Notes under the pieces: generated by a model
What the model was told of the DNA's origin: nothing
Database searches by the model: none
The model's input: the letters and a program-made list of their open reading frames with translations, nothing else
Program-made: the position numbers and the translations under genes
Shown: in pieces, positions 19,330-30,800 of the stretch
How the letters are laid out: each line of letters starts with the position of its first letter
Position numbering within the stretch: the first letter of the stretch is position 1
DNA from: a virus
Strand: one strand, 5' to 3'
Length of the DNA: 64,000 nt
IMG/VR virus record: IMGVR_UViG_3300044450_000310

Positions 19330-19369
19330 GTTCGCTGTGGTGAAGAAGGTTAAGGTTGTGAACTTAACC
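19329..19369 (+). promoter_or_regulatory. Hairpin-containing element copy B (TGTTCGCTGTGGTGAAGAA-GGTTAAG-loop-CTTAACC)
   Basis: Inverted near-repeat of 6052..6087 with a compensatory stem change. Confidence 0.45.
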
Positions 19370-19380
19370 GGAGGTATTCT

Positions 19381-19959
19381 TTACAGAGAGAGATTCGGGA
19401 ACGTTACTCCATTCGCCTCGGCACTGGCCAAGATCTTATTTGGAGTATTAATGGTTCTCGCATCAACACTAAAATTCTCTCGCAGATAATCTTTTGCCTG
19501 ATTGATGTTTGTAACATCTTCGACTGTGATAACCCCGTCACCATTGGTATCAGTAGTCTCTTCAGCTACAACAGTTTCAGTTTCTTCAACAGGCTCTTCA
19601 GGAGCAGGCTCTTCTTCAGAAGTATTCTCTTCTTCTGTAGCTTCCTCTTCCTCGTCCGCATCTATGATCTCAACAGCTTCTTCCACTTCTGCTATAGGAC
19701 GTTCTTCAACAAAAGCTGGCTCACCAGTAAATACCGTTGGACGCTTCTCACCTTTCAGCTTGTCTGCATCTTTGACGATAAATCCTAATGAGTGATTAAA
19801 CAGAGGATGCTTTTTCAGGGCATTCGCAATGTCTTCGTTTGGAGCTGTATATCCACCATTAGTGATTTTGATCGAGATAGTCTCTTCATCCACTTTAAGA
19901 TCAGTGCTGAAAATTCGACCACTAATTGACGGATAGAAAACTTGTCTAACTTTACTCAT
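19381..19959 (-). CDS. Hypothetical protein with acidic linker (head module)
   Basis: ORF track; Glu-rich central region; motif-led start. Confidence 0.7.
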   Translation of the reverse strand: MSKVRQVFYPSISGRIFSTDLKVDEETISIKITNGGYTAPNEDIANALKKHPLFNHSLGFIVKDADKLKGEKRPTVFTGEPAFVEERPIAEVEEAVEIIDADEEEEATEEENTSEEEPAPEEPVEETETVVAEETTDTNGDGVITVEDVTNINQAKDYLRENFSVDARTINTPNKILASAEANGVTFPNLSL

Positions 19960-19964
19960 TGGTA

Positions 19965-19977
19965 TGTGTGTTTGTAT
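19965..19977 (-). repeat. ATACAAACACACA motif copy 2
   Basis: Exact; 5 nt upstream of ATG 19959. Confidence 0.9.
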
Positions 19978-19980
19978 TCA

Positions 19981-20013
19981 AAAATTAAAAGTAGAGAGCC
20001 GAAGCCCTCTACT
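19981..20013 (-). terminator. Terminator after major capsid gene
   Basis: AGTAGAGGGC-TTCG-GCTCTCTACT-TTTAATTTT. Confidence 0.8.
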
Positions 20014-20020
20014 CTATGAT

Positions 20021-21349
20021 CTAAACTTTCTTGATAGCCATGTGGGTATCAGGATAACGCACTTGAAGCGTAGAAGTCTTGATCATACGTGTAGCATCTA
20101 CACGCTTCTGACCAGTCTTATCTAGCTCAAGCTCAGTCTCTTCCATTGGCTCAAGAATACGCTCACGAATGTGCGCCATATCCAATGAGAAAGCATCACC
20201 AGCACGTCCCATTTCATCGAAGCCTTTGTGATGCTTCAACCAAACTTTACCGTAATTGGTAGTTACTTCACTAATCTCGATACCGAGTTTCACTTTGGTT
20301 TCCTTAGAAGCCAACTGCTTCTCAACCGAAGGAGTATTCAATACTTCCTCGATGAAATCAGCACCGCCTACAACCAAACGAGTCTGAGAGCCAGCATTAC
20401 CGGCAAACATTTTCTTCGTTAGGTTAATCCACTTAGCATTGTTAATGCTTCCAGTAGTGTACGTATCCGCTTGACCAGCGAAATGCTCAATTCCACCAAC
20501 AGTGTACACATAATCATCCTTGTTAGGATCGTAGGTTTTACTACGTGGGCCAAACAACCAAGCGTGTTCGCAAGAGTTACGATAATCGAAAAGAGCAAGG
20601 TCATGCTGAACGCTTTCATCGTTCATGTAACGTTGCATTCTCTTCAACAGCTTTTCCATCTCGATTTGGAGAATGAAAGTCTGATTGTAGTTCCACAAGG
20701 TTGTACCTTCGCTCCCTTGTGCATCCGCTTGCGCCTGAGTCGCAGTAGCACCACGAGACTGACGGTAGATTGCAGTTGCAGAAGGAACAGCAGGAACTAA
20801 CGCATCACCAGTAATGGCTTTCACGTCAATGGTATTACCCGCAATGTTACGGTCAACAACTAAGCCTCTGAACTCCGTAGCTGGAGCGCCGTGAGTGATA
20901 GTTGGGATATACACGATATCTCCAATACCCCACATTGCCACATCAGCAACAGCAAAGGTTTCAACAGCATTAGCACCGCCAGTAATATTACCAGTAGTTG
21001 CATCTTGCCTTGGGAAGTATCCTACTTCAACCCACTCAAACTTACGTTGAGCACATGGTTTAGCAGATTGCATTGCGTTAGCGACAGTCGTAATAGGAAA
21101 CCTGTCAGGTTTGTACATTACAACGATATCGTCAACGTCACGCTCAAATAGATCGGTTGGATACGTCTCCTCTGCGATGGTTCCCACTGAGGTAACAGCG
21201 AGAGAAATAGAAGAGGCTCCACCAGCCAATCCAAACAGTTCAGCAACGATTTCGATATCAAGACCGACCGCTACCATGCACACCATGAAGAATAAACTCG
21301 CTAGTGCGCCAAGAACTTGGGAAAGGTTAAATTTACGCATTGTTTTCAT
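20021..21349 (-). CDS. Major capsid protein (SU10/DUF5309-like)
   Basis: FEWVE, NYNQTF and GGIEHF segments; follows portal and scaffold; strong terminator after it; start reassigned to 21349 (GGAGGT at 21362-21367); ORF track start is 21400. Confidence 0.8.
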   Translation of the reverse strand: MKTMRKFNLSQVLGALASLFFMVCMVAVGLDIEIVAELFGLAGGASSISLAVTSVGTIAEETYPTDLFERDVDDIVVMYKPDRFPITTVANAMQSAKPCAQRKFEWVEVGYFPRQDATTGNITGGANAVETFAVADVAMWGIGDIVYIPTITHGAPATEFRGLVVDRNIAGNTIDVKAITGDALVPAVPSATAIYRQSRGATATQAQADAQGSEGTTLWNYNQTFILQIEMEKLLKRMQRYMNDESVQHDLALFDYRNSCEHAWLFGPRSKTYDPNKDDYVYTVGGIEHFAGQADTYTTGSINNAKWINLTKKMFAGNAGSQTRLVVGGADFIEEVLNTPSVEKQLASKETKVKLGIEISEVTTNYGKVWLKHHKGFDEMGRAGDAFSLDMAHIRERILEPMEETELELDKTGQKRVDATRMIKTSTLQVRYPDTHMAIKKV

Positions 21350-21359
21350 TTTTAAGGTT

Positions 21360-22415
21360 TTACCTCCAATCTGTGTTCGCAGAGCTTGATACAGCTCCAA
21401 CCAGCGCTTTCTTGCCCCTAGAAGCTTCTGAACGCTGTCTTAATGAACCTCCCGATTGAAGATTCGGGGTTCCATCCCCTGTTTTTTGTTTTGCTTTTTT
21501 TACCTCCTCAATGGCATCGTTCTTAGCCTTCACCGTTGCTTCATCCACCTTTTGCTGAACATTCTTGTCATAGCTGAGTCCTTTGTACATCACTTCTAGG
21601 AACTCATTATCAATTAGACCATTGGCTATGTTTGAAAAGATTCGATTAATTTGACCTTTAAACTCATTCCCGCCTTTCTTGTCTAGTTCTTTGGTCTTCA
21701 GGAACTCATTCCAATTTGTCTCTGAAACTGAAGCATTCTTTTCCATTAGCTCTTTAGCATCTTGCTTCTTTTTCTTCTCAGCCTTAATTCGTTGCTCTCG
21801 CTCAAACTGACGGCGAACCACCTTCTTGTAGCTGTCAGGATCGTTATCCTTTAATTCAGCTTGCCACTCTTCAAAATTAATTACCGAAGCCAACGCTTCA
21901 GGCATTTCCAATCCGTCTTCAGAAATAAGACGAGCCACTTCCACCATATCTTCACTCATATCAAACAAGTGAGTGAGTGATTGGAATGTGTCTTTCTCTA
22001 AGGTTAGAGCTTGATGTTCAGAAAGGATTTTTGCGAATGAAGCTTCAATAGCCTCAACATCGCCAAGCTCTTCTTCTCCGAGAATCGGAGTTAATTGCTC
22101 AATAAGGTAGGAATAGTCCTTAACTGGTTCTTCGGAACCTTCACCAGCTTCCGCTTGGTCTGGATTTTCTTGAGCGCCTTCGACTCCTTCAATGTCTTGC
22201 GCTCCTTCAATATCATTGGTTTTATCTTCATCTGATTCTTCACCATCATTCTGAAGTTCTTGTTTTCCGAACTTTTCTTCAAATCCAGGTATTACTCCTG
22301 CGAACGCACTTGAAGCTATGCTCGACAGTTTTTTTCCACGTCCCTCAAATTCAACATCATTGAGTTCTTCCAGTTCTTCGGCTTTCACCTTCGCACCTTG
22401 CGTGATTTTATCCAT
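21360..22415 (-). CDS. Capsid scaffolding-like protein
   Basis: Acidic, helical, between portal and capsid; start moved to MDKITQ (22415) because the motif lies 9 nt upstream and the longer ORF crosses terminators. Confidence 0.65.
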   Translation of the reverse strand: MDKITQGAKVKAEELEELNDVEFEGRGKKLSSIASSAFAGVIPGFEEKFGKQELQNDGEESDEDKTNDIEGAQDIEGVEGAQENPDQAEAGEGSEEPVKDYSYLIEQLTPILGEEELGDVEAIEASFAKILSEHQALTLEKDTFQSLTHLFDMSEDMVEVARLISEDGLEMPEALASVINFEEWQAELKDNDPDSYKKVVRRQFEREQRIKAEKKKKQDAKELMEKNASVSETNWNEFLKTKELDKKGGNEFKGQINRIFSNIANGLIDNEFLEVMYKGLSYDKNVQQKVDEATVKAKNDAIEEVKKAKQKTGDGTPNLQSGGSLRQRSEASRGKKALVGAVSSSANTDWR

Positions 22416-22424
22416 CTTTATGTA

Positions 22425-22437
22425 TGTGTGTTTGTAT
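22425..22437 (-). repeat. ATACAAACACACA motif copy 3
   Basis: Exact; 9 nt upstream of ATG 22415. Confidence 0.9.
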
Positions 22438-22447
22438 TGATTCCCTA

Positions 22448-22491
22448 AACGAAAAAAGCCCGACTCTTCCACTTGGGAAAAACCGAGCTTT
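22448..22491 (-). terminator. 16-bp stem terminator-like hairpin
   Basis: AAAGCTCGGTTTTTCC-CAAGT-GGAAGAGTCGGGCTTT then TTTCGTTT; G-U pairs fit the minus strand. Confidence 0.7.
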
Positions 22492-22505
22492 ACAAACGCT
22501 TGGGT

Positions 22506-22560
22506 AAAAGAGAAAAAAGCTATCATTCTATGGCTGAGAACCACAAATTGATAGCCTTTT
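22506..22560 (-). terminator. Second long terminator-like hairpin
   Basis: GGCTATCA..TGTGGTT-CTC-AGCCATA..TGATAGCT then TTTTTCTCTTTT. Confidence 0.6.
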
Positions 22561-22648
22561 CGCTAACTAATAAATATGTAACCTTAATAAAACTTCTGCT
22601 GTTGCAGATATGTCAATTAAAAGTACCTAAAATTTTGCTAAATACAAA

Positions 22649-22882
22649 TCAAGGGGCATCTGAATTAACATCCTCTAAATATCGGACGAATATTCTACGA
22701 TCACTGTAAACTTCTCTGATATGACCAGTTTCTTCATCACGTTCAAGCACAAGGATCTTTTTCTTCTTTCCAGCTACATCTAGCACTAAATTCAACAGAA
22801 ACTTAATAGAATCTGTGTCTAGTTTCGGGTTTCCTTGTCGCTCTCGGTAACGGTGCTTGTTTTCCGTTCTTCCGTTTGCCAA
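22649..22882 (-). CDS. Small basic hypothetical protein, 77 aa
   Basis: ORF track (TTG start); motif 11 nt upstream. Confidence 0.55.
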   Translation of the reverse strand: MANGRTENKHRYRERQGNPKLDTDSIKFLLNLVLDVAGKKKKILVLERDEETGHIREVYSDRRIFVRYLEDVNSDAP

Positions 22883-22893
22883 TATAGCTTATA

Positions 22894-22906
22894 TGTGTGT
22901 TTGTAT
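22894..22906 (-). repeat. ATACAAACACACA motif copy 4
   Basis: Exact; overlaps the portal stop codon. Confidence 0.9.
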
Positions 22907-24852
22907 TAATTTGGTTGAAGCTGTCCTTGACTCTGAATCGCCTGAAGCATTTCAGGGGTAATTCCTTGAGAAGACATTTGGCCTTGTAACTCTTCTTGCC
23001 GACTTCGAACTGTTTGTAACAATTTATCAGCAAATGGCATAGAGGTATTTTCCAAGAACTCTTCGAAAGTAATATATTGATTATTAAGGAAATTCATCAA
23101 GTAAGTATCTAAAGTTTGACGGAATACCGCAGTATCATTGGTATGACCTAGAGATACATCAAATTCAATCCCTTCAATGTCCTTTGGATCATAGACGGCA
23201 TTCACCGTATTCTTCATTCCGTTTCCGGCTACTCGAATAAATCTACGCTCAGTATAATACTGCTTGATGGTTTTGAGCACCTTCCAGTTTCTATTCTCCA
23301 TAATTGAATAGAAGAACTCAAAGAAATCCTTGTTTCCAACGGTTGCATTATCAACCCGAAGTGCATACAAAGAAGCTGGCTCTCCTGAATTTGGTCGCTC
23401 ACCTTGCATTGCATCATTTACAGAAGAAATACCTTCTAAATAATCTTGCATGATTTTGAGCATTTCAAACTGCCCAACCTGAATGGAATTTTGCTTGATT
23501 GGCGTTGGTGGTGGCATTCTAGGAATATGCGTGTAATACATGATTCCGTTATACTCCACAAATTGATCGGCAAAGGTCTGACGATCCATATCCGCAGGAA
23601 CATACTCATCAGGAATTGCCCATAAATCTTTTGCCCCTTTCACCATGGACTTATCAAAGAGCTGAATCAATCGATTCACAAATCGTTGCTGGTCAAGAAT
23701 CGAAGTAACCAGTGACATTGTTCTACCATCAATAAGCGGATGATAACCGAATGAATATGGATGTTCTTGATGCTCATACGGAGTTTCCATCTCCTGAAGA
23801 ATATGCCCTAAAGGAGTAATGTAGTACACCTTCCAAAATGACTCTCTATCACTATCCAGCTTTAGTAAAGGAACAGCATCTTTTTGAGTAACATCCACAC
23901 CTACTGATTTCGCCTGATTGGTTCTAACTCTGTTTACAAAGTCAGTCAAATCTTCATAGGAATAATCTTTAATGTTCTCGATCTGCAAGTCCATTTTCTT
24001 GAAGAGCTTTTCGAAGAACTCATAACTGGCTCTTTTTAGTGTGCCATCAGAGTAATCGTGGATGAAATCAAACCATCCATGCTCTTGTTTCCAAAACTCA
24101 ATGATGCGCACCTTGTTCTGATTGTCAGGTACATAGAAGTTACGATGCTTTTTCAGGTAATCCGGATATCGAGCGTAGTAGGTTTCATCGGGGATATATG
24201 GAAACATCTCACGAATCCGCTTCTCATCTCGCTTATTTTTAGCAAAAGCATTGAGCACCACATCTAAATCAACATCCTTCAGTTCTCCAACGGCAGATAC
24301 ATCAAACATTCGAATGTCTCTAGCATCCACATTATAGAAGAATCGTGTTTGATCGATTTGGTCAATCCGCACATCGGAATGGTCGTAGCGATCCCAACGC
24401 TGATACTGTGTTTTCCACCCACAACCCGCACTGATTAGGAGTTCCTCGAACTCTGAAGCATCTAATTCTTTGGCTTTATTCTTATCCAGGGAAGCTTGAA
24501 CGGCTGAAGTCATTCGTTCTTCTTGCTCTGAATTTTCCTCATTTCGAGCGTATGCAATAGGATCAGGATAATTTACCCTGAATTGTCCTTTTAGGTTTCG
24601 AAGTATTTTTGAGAGTAGGTTGTTGACAATAGGCATTCTACCATCTTCGAGAATGTATTGCTTTTCGGTCATGGTTCGACCGTCAGGAAGCGTAATGGTA
24701 TCATTCCATTGTTCACCAAATACATAATCAATAGCTCTTAATCGATCCGCTAGAAATCTTCTACGGTCGTTAAATAATTGCTCTGCTTCCTGTAAAAGCT
24801 GTAATCCTTTATTGAGTTCAGGATTACTAGAAGATGTTCGTGTTTTATTCAT
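22906..24852 (-). CDS. Portal protein (P22-like podoviral)
   Basis: GEQW, PIVNNLL..I.RNLKGQ, GISSVNDAMQG..NSG..ASL motifs; 648 aa. Confidence 0.85.
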   Translation of the reverse strand: MNKTRTSSSNPELNKGLQLLQEAEQLFNDRRRFLADRLRAIDYVFGEQWNDTITLPDGRTMTEKQYILEDGRMPIVNNLLSKILRNLKGQFRVNYPDPIAYARNEENSEQEERMTSAVQASLDKNKAKELDASEFEELLISAGCGWKTQYQRWDRYDHSDVRIDQIDQTRFFYNVDARDIRMFDVSAVGELKDVDLDVVLNAFAKNKRDEKRIREMFPYIPDETYYARYPDYLKKHRNFYVPDNQNKVRIIEFWKQEHGWFDFIHDYSDGTLKRASYEFFEKLFKKMDLQIENIKDYSYEDLTDFVNRVRTNQAKSVGVDVTQKDAVPLLKLDSDRESFWKVYYITPLGHILQEMETPYEHQEHPYSFGYHPLIDGRTMSLVTSILDQQRFVNRLIQLFDKSMVKGAKDLWAIPDEYVPADMDRQTFADQFVEYNGIMYYTHIPRMPPPTPIKQNSIQVGQFEMLKIMQDYLEGISSVNDAMQGERPNSGEPASLYALRVDNATVGNKDFFEFFYSIMENRNWKVLKTIKQYYTERRFIRVAGNGMKNTVNAVYDPKDIEGIEFDVSLGHTNDTAVFRQTLDTYLMNFLNNQYITFEEFLENTSMPFADKLLQTVRSRQEELQGQMSSQGITPEMLQAIQSQGQLQPN

Positions 24853-27800
24853 TGGAGTTACCGATTACTTTTTGCAATACGCTACTCCGATCACCACGAC
24901 CTTCTACTTCGTTCACCAAACGATTGAATGCAATATAAAGCTCATATTGAGAATCAGCAACCTTACGGAGCTTATCTCGAACTTCACGATTATCAGTTGA
25001 ATCTTGTTGATCCATTAGCTGTCCTCGATACCCATTCAATTGGCGTAACTGGCTCTTCACAGCTCGTAAATCATTGTATAATCCTAGAAGTTCTTCATTT
25101 TCTAGGGCAAACTGTTCACCTTTCGCCACCTGACCACTTTCGTAGTAAGATCTATAGTCAGCAAACAGCCCTTCAATTTCCTTCTGATTCTCGATGAAAT
25201 TCTCTCGAATAACGGTTTTACTCACTTTTCCGTACATCGATCGAGCAAACGGAACATCGTAGATATCGTACAGCTCCGCATCTTCAATACCTCGTACATG
25301 GTCAGAAATATTCTCTGCTGTTGAAGCAAGACCGCCAATGAATTTGGCTGGCCCACCACCCACAAAGTTGAATACATAATCAATGTACTCAGGAGAGACA
25401 TCAATAATGCCTTCGGTAAATTCGTCTCCACCGGTAACTTCATTCAAGCTTTCCGCAATTTTCTTCGACAATGAGGAAGCGTACGGATAGAATTGCTGGC
25501 TCTGAGGAGGTTGAACCGCATTTGGGAATGGTTCAGGCTTAATTTGATTACCCGCAAAGTCTGTATTGGTAACTAATTCGAATCCAGGTTTAAGCAAAGT
25601 CGGCAAGAATGTTTTATAAGTAGCCTCACCGAAACTATCACCCGATGCAGTTCCTATTGGATTGTAGGCATCAACGGTAACAACCGCCATTTCAAGAGCA
25701 CCTTCACTCAGTTCCAAGCTATCATTGGCAATTCTGTTAGTGATATCTCCCACCGCCCAATAAGTATTGTATCCATAAGGAAGCGGAATCTTGATAAAAT
25801 CATCAGGATCATCACTGAACAGATTTGGAATAATAATGTTATGGTGACGAGTCCAGTCAGATATCTTGTCATATCTCCATTCTTCATCATCATCCAATCC
25901 TAGCGCCGTTCTTAGCAATTCATTCCACAAGAAAGAAGTAGCCCCTAGAATAACAGGAGTAGCCATTGCCCGTGTCTGTATTCCTCGATGCTTGGAGAAG
26001 AAAGGACGAGCTTGACGAGCCACACCTTGAACCGTTGCATTGAAGAACAGGAACAATGAACCCATGAATCCGCTTCGGTTTCCTTTCTGATTGAAGTTCA
26101 CTGTTAGATTACGAGCATAATTAGCAGATTGCTTTGCTGTGTAAGGCTTATTGGTATCTGGATTAATTACTTTATTGTAGTATAAATGCTTGAATACACT
26201 CACACGAGCAATGTTCTCCAAGATTCGGTTGTAATCATCCACAAAGGAACCAAGCTTTTTGAGTCCATTTGCCATGTTGTTTTTGAAGGAATGATCCTCA
26301 ACTGCTTTCTTCAGGTTTTGAGTACGCTCTTTCACTTCATTTAACTGCCAATAACCAGTGATAGCACCATGCTTCATGTAGGCTTTCATTGCCTTACCCC
26401 ACTCTGAATCATCGAACTTACCTTTTCGGTAGTAACTTCTCAGTGCTTTGAAAGCTCCCGCATACGCCACTGGATTGATAACTTTAGAGGCATCAGCCAC
26501 ACTATTATCAATGGAAATGTTGATTAACCCTGTCCAGCTATCCCGAATAAGGTTACGAAGTCCAAATTCAGGAGAATATTGAGTAACTACATTTCGAAGC
26601 CATCGAACAGCAAGAGACATTGTTGCTAAATCTTGCGGAATACCTTCCACATCCATCTCTTTGAATGCTCGTGCCAAATGAGGTTTCGTTACTTCAATTA
26701 CCACTGGTCGACCATCTACCATTAAACGAATATTCTTTTCTTCATAAACGTTGGTAGCTTCTTCCCATAACATTTGCTCATTCTCAGGATCAAGAGAACG
26801 CTTCACATCACCTGATAAAAGTTGGTCTGCAGTCGGCTGATCATAGGAAGCTAACCACTTCTCTTTGCCTGTTTCTTCATCAATCTCACCCGTTCTTTTC
26901 CAGTAAACATTGCGAATACGGAATAAATCAGCTCGATTGTAGTTTTCCTTCACAAATTCCAATAGAGTTTGCTTCACACGGTTCTTTTCCCCGTGAATAA
27001 TAGCAGTATCATTCATAGCCATTACATAGGCTAAGATATCACCAGCTTTACTTTCACGACCCTCCATCTTCTGATTACCCGCATACATCGTTGGATCTAT
27101 ATCCATCAGCTCTTTAAATCCACGAAGAGGCACATAGTTCTCAAATCGCTTTCTACGAGCACCAAACTCTTTCTTCGAGATTAACCCGCCAACCATTTGA
27201 GCACGAAGTGTATTCTCAGTGATTCCGTACACATATCCTGCCACATCCTGTATATCCTCCAGGATTCCACGTTGGTCGAGTTCTCGCATTACCTGACGAG
27301 CTTCAGTATCACTCATACCTGATTGAGCATCACCGCCTCTAGGATTCTTTTTAAACAAATATTCATTTCGCTCAGTCGCATGGTTCGCATACAAATACTG
27401 GCGTAAATCTTCGTAGGAAACACCCTTTTCTTTATTGAGTGTTCTCATTTGTCGAAGCAATGGATTTAGGTAGTTTTGCTCGATATTCTTTTTCTGAGAC
27501 TCGATTCTACCATGATGATTTAACTCATCCTGAATGAAGTTAGATTTATCGTCTATTCGTCCACCATCTTTTACAACACCTTCTTGGATGCGCTGTCCAT
27601 CAATGAACTTGTTTTGATAGCGCCGGATTAACCAGTCTATCTTTTTATTCTGATATTGATGAAATACCTCTTCTAAAGGTTCTTTGGAAAGAATCTTGAA
27701 GCGAATATCAGGATCATTAGGATTGTATTGTCCGTTATTCTCCGTAGAAGATTTGATTTGATTTGGCTCAAATACTGAATACTCGGTATAAGAATTAGAT

Positions 27801-30800
27801 TGTTCATTCACTGACCAAATAATACCGTCATATCCTTGGCTCTTAATCTTCTGAATATCCTTGCTAGTTATCAGATAATTAGGATTAGACTGCTTTCTAG
27901 CTCGGTTTTTGTAAATCCTTTTTGAATAAAGCTTAGTTAAAACCGCTTCAGCTCCATCAGAGCCATATACTCTGAATGGATTCTTTATTCTGAGGCAGGA
28001 ACCATACACCCTGCCGTTTCCAGCTCCCATTCTATCAGCATAATCTTGAGCGTAGCTTTCATTATTTGTAAAGTAGATACCTGAACCTAGATTACCACGC
28101 TTACCTTTCTTAAAGGAAGTTAAATCCTTATTCGTGCTTCCGTGATAAACCACTAATGGATTGCCTTCAGTATCAACTACTTTGGAATCACTAAACCATT
28201 CAGCAAAGTTTTTCTCATCCGCAATTCTAAATGCTTGTCGCATGATAGTTCCATCGGCATACAAGGATACTTCGGAATCCACGAATCGGCGCATATCAGA
28301 GAGTAAATCAATTAAATCAGCACGAGAAAGCTTAGTCTGTATTCCTAAATGATCGGCAAGGAAGTCCTGAACCCATTGAATCGCTCTGTCAAGAAATGTC
28401 TTATGAAGATCGTTTTCAGCCATGTGTGCGATAAACTCCTCACTGGCTATCATTCTATCGTCATGCTTTCGCATATCAAGATCGTACTTCTTAGCAATAC
28501 GCTTGTATTCTGCATCATTCTTGAACGACTCATAGATACCTAATGTCAGTTCATTGTAATCCTTCTCATACGCATCACGATTGGCAGAATTAGACTGTAG
28601 AAGTCCTCTGAATCCCATGTGACCAACTACTTCATGGAGTAAGGTTTTTTCCAGTTCTTCACGACTCTTAATGTTTTGCGCAAGAATGAATACCTCACCA
28701 TCGAGATACAATCCACCAATCTTCTTAGGATCTTCTTTTATGTACTGCTGAATAACCCATGGTAACTCTTCCTCAGATCGGGCAATATGAATATGCTTCT
28801 TTACTCTCCAATCCTGAACAAGCTCTTCAGCCATTTGAGCAATATCTTCCGTTTGCTTGCTTATAACTGGCGCAACATCATCAAGTATCTTTAGACGTAG
28901 ATTTGGCTTTCTCGTCTCTGCAATTGGATCATCAGGATCAACTTCCCCAAAGATGTTATGTGCTCTTTCTAAGTAATCGAGTACAGCTCCAATATCATAG
29001 CGTTCAACCACGCCACGCATTGTCTTTCCTCTTTTCTCGAAATCACCCTGAATGTAGGTTGCAAGCTTTTCATCTAGGAAGTATTTACCTCCACGAGCCT
29101 TGGAAGAAGGAACTTCCAGCAGATAGTTTCCATCGTAGTCTTTGGAGAAACCAACACCACCGCTTAGTGAAACTTTATCCCAATATCCTTCCATCTCTTT
29201 CACTTTATCGGTGAGCTTGGAAGCTTTCACTCGAACTTTCGTGATTTTGTTTAATTCTTCATCTCGGATACCCGAAGGAAGTATCACGCCATTGTTCAAT
29301 TTTCCGTCATTGGTCGTATAAGAAATCAATCGACCTTTGGAGCCAAGCTTATTCACTGCTTGCAGAATATTACCAGTAGCAATGTATCGAGTCTCGAAGT
29401 TGGCAGAGCTTTGGTTGTGGTTCCAACCTTCACGAATATTTCTTTTTGCGTATGGACCAATCATGCTTTCAGAAAGTGTAGCTCTCACAAACTGAATAGA
29501 ACTACCAGGTATGGTAATTGTCCGCATTGAATCATTGGTAGCGAACTTGAGCTTCACATTACTTGGAGCGAAAGGGTTTTTCGCTTTCATATTCACATGA
29601 TGTCCAAGGAAAATAGCTTGCTTTACTTCTTTAGAAGCGCCTTGGGAATCAATTGGAATCATATACACCTGTCCAACTTCGAACGGTCTGAACAGTTTGT
29701 TTACCACATAATCACGAATACGATCTACATCTTCATTGATTTTGTTCAGTTTCGCTTGGTCAAAGCTTTTTGCAAGCCTAGCACGAGCAATTCTGTCTTC
29801 AGCCTTCTCATCGATGCTAGATTCAGCCTTCTTAATCCACTCAGAAGTGTATTGTTCTTCAGATCGACCGTCTAGTTCTTTTTCAACCAAACTGTTAATC
29901 TCTTCAATCTTCATTGGTTTACGAAGAACTTTAGCCTTCACTTTCTCCATGTAGGTATTACCGCCAAAAGCAGAACCCGAATCACGACCTTGAACCAGTA
30001 GTTTCTTTTCAATCTGCTCAGTCTGTAAATCGAAGGAATCAATCACTAAATCATTTTCTCCGTACTCATTGAGCATTTCAATCAGGGAAGCATATCGCTC
30101 TGATATCTCCTGATAAAACTCTTCTTGAATCTCCGAAGGCATGAACGCCATTCTGCCGGTAGTCTTCATTGCAAGATTTTCGGCAGGAGAATCATCGTCT
30201 CTCCTCATAGGTCGTTGCATTGCCTCGTTCAAGTCTTCATTCTCTTGCAAATACTCATAGACAATCTTATCCCCGTACTTATTGATGAAATCTTCCATCT
30301 CCAAGAATCCTGATGATGTTTTCTGAGAAGAAGTAGTATTGGCATCCAGTGACTTAATCTTCTTTTTCAGGATCATCATTAGTCGAGTTTCCGCAGGAAT
30401 CGAAGAAGTGATATATTGGTATTCAGGAAGGTTTACTTGTCCTGTACGGAAGATTCTACCCCATTTCTGAACCTCTGTATTGATATTTAGTTCAGGCTGG
30501 TGAATAATCATCACACGTTGACGTTGATCACCGAAATGTTCTGAAGAGTGAGCTGAAGCACCAGTAGCGCCGGAAGAGTTGATAATAAGAGCATCAATCT
30601 CTCCTTCATTGAATCCGTTGAATAAGGTATTCTTATCACGCTCTTTTTTGGCACGAATTTTAACTACTCCTTTATTCTCGCCCGTCAGATCGATTTTCTT
30701 GTTTCTACCAGTTACTTCACCAATGTTATAACCGCCTTTCTCAATCTTATTAACAATGTAGTCCAATGGTGAAGCGATAAGCTCTTTAGTGATGCTATTG

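Noticed and set aside
22416-22544. N-terminal 43 aa of the scaffold ORF as in the track
   Set aside because: The extension crosses two terminator hairpins and the AC motif; ATG 22415 is the better start
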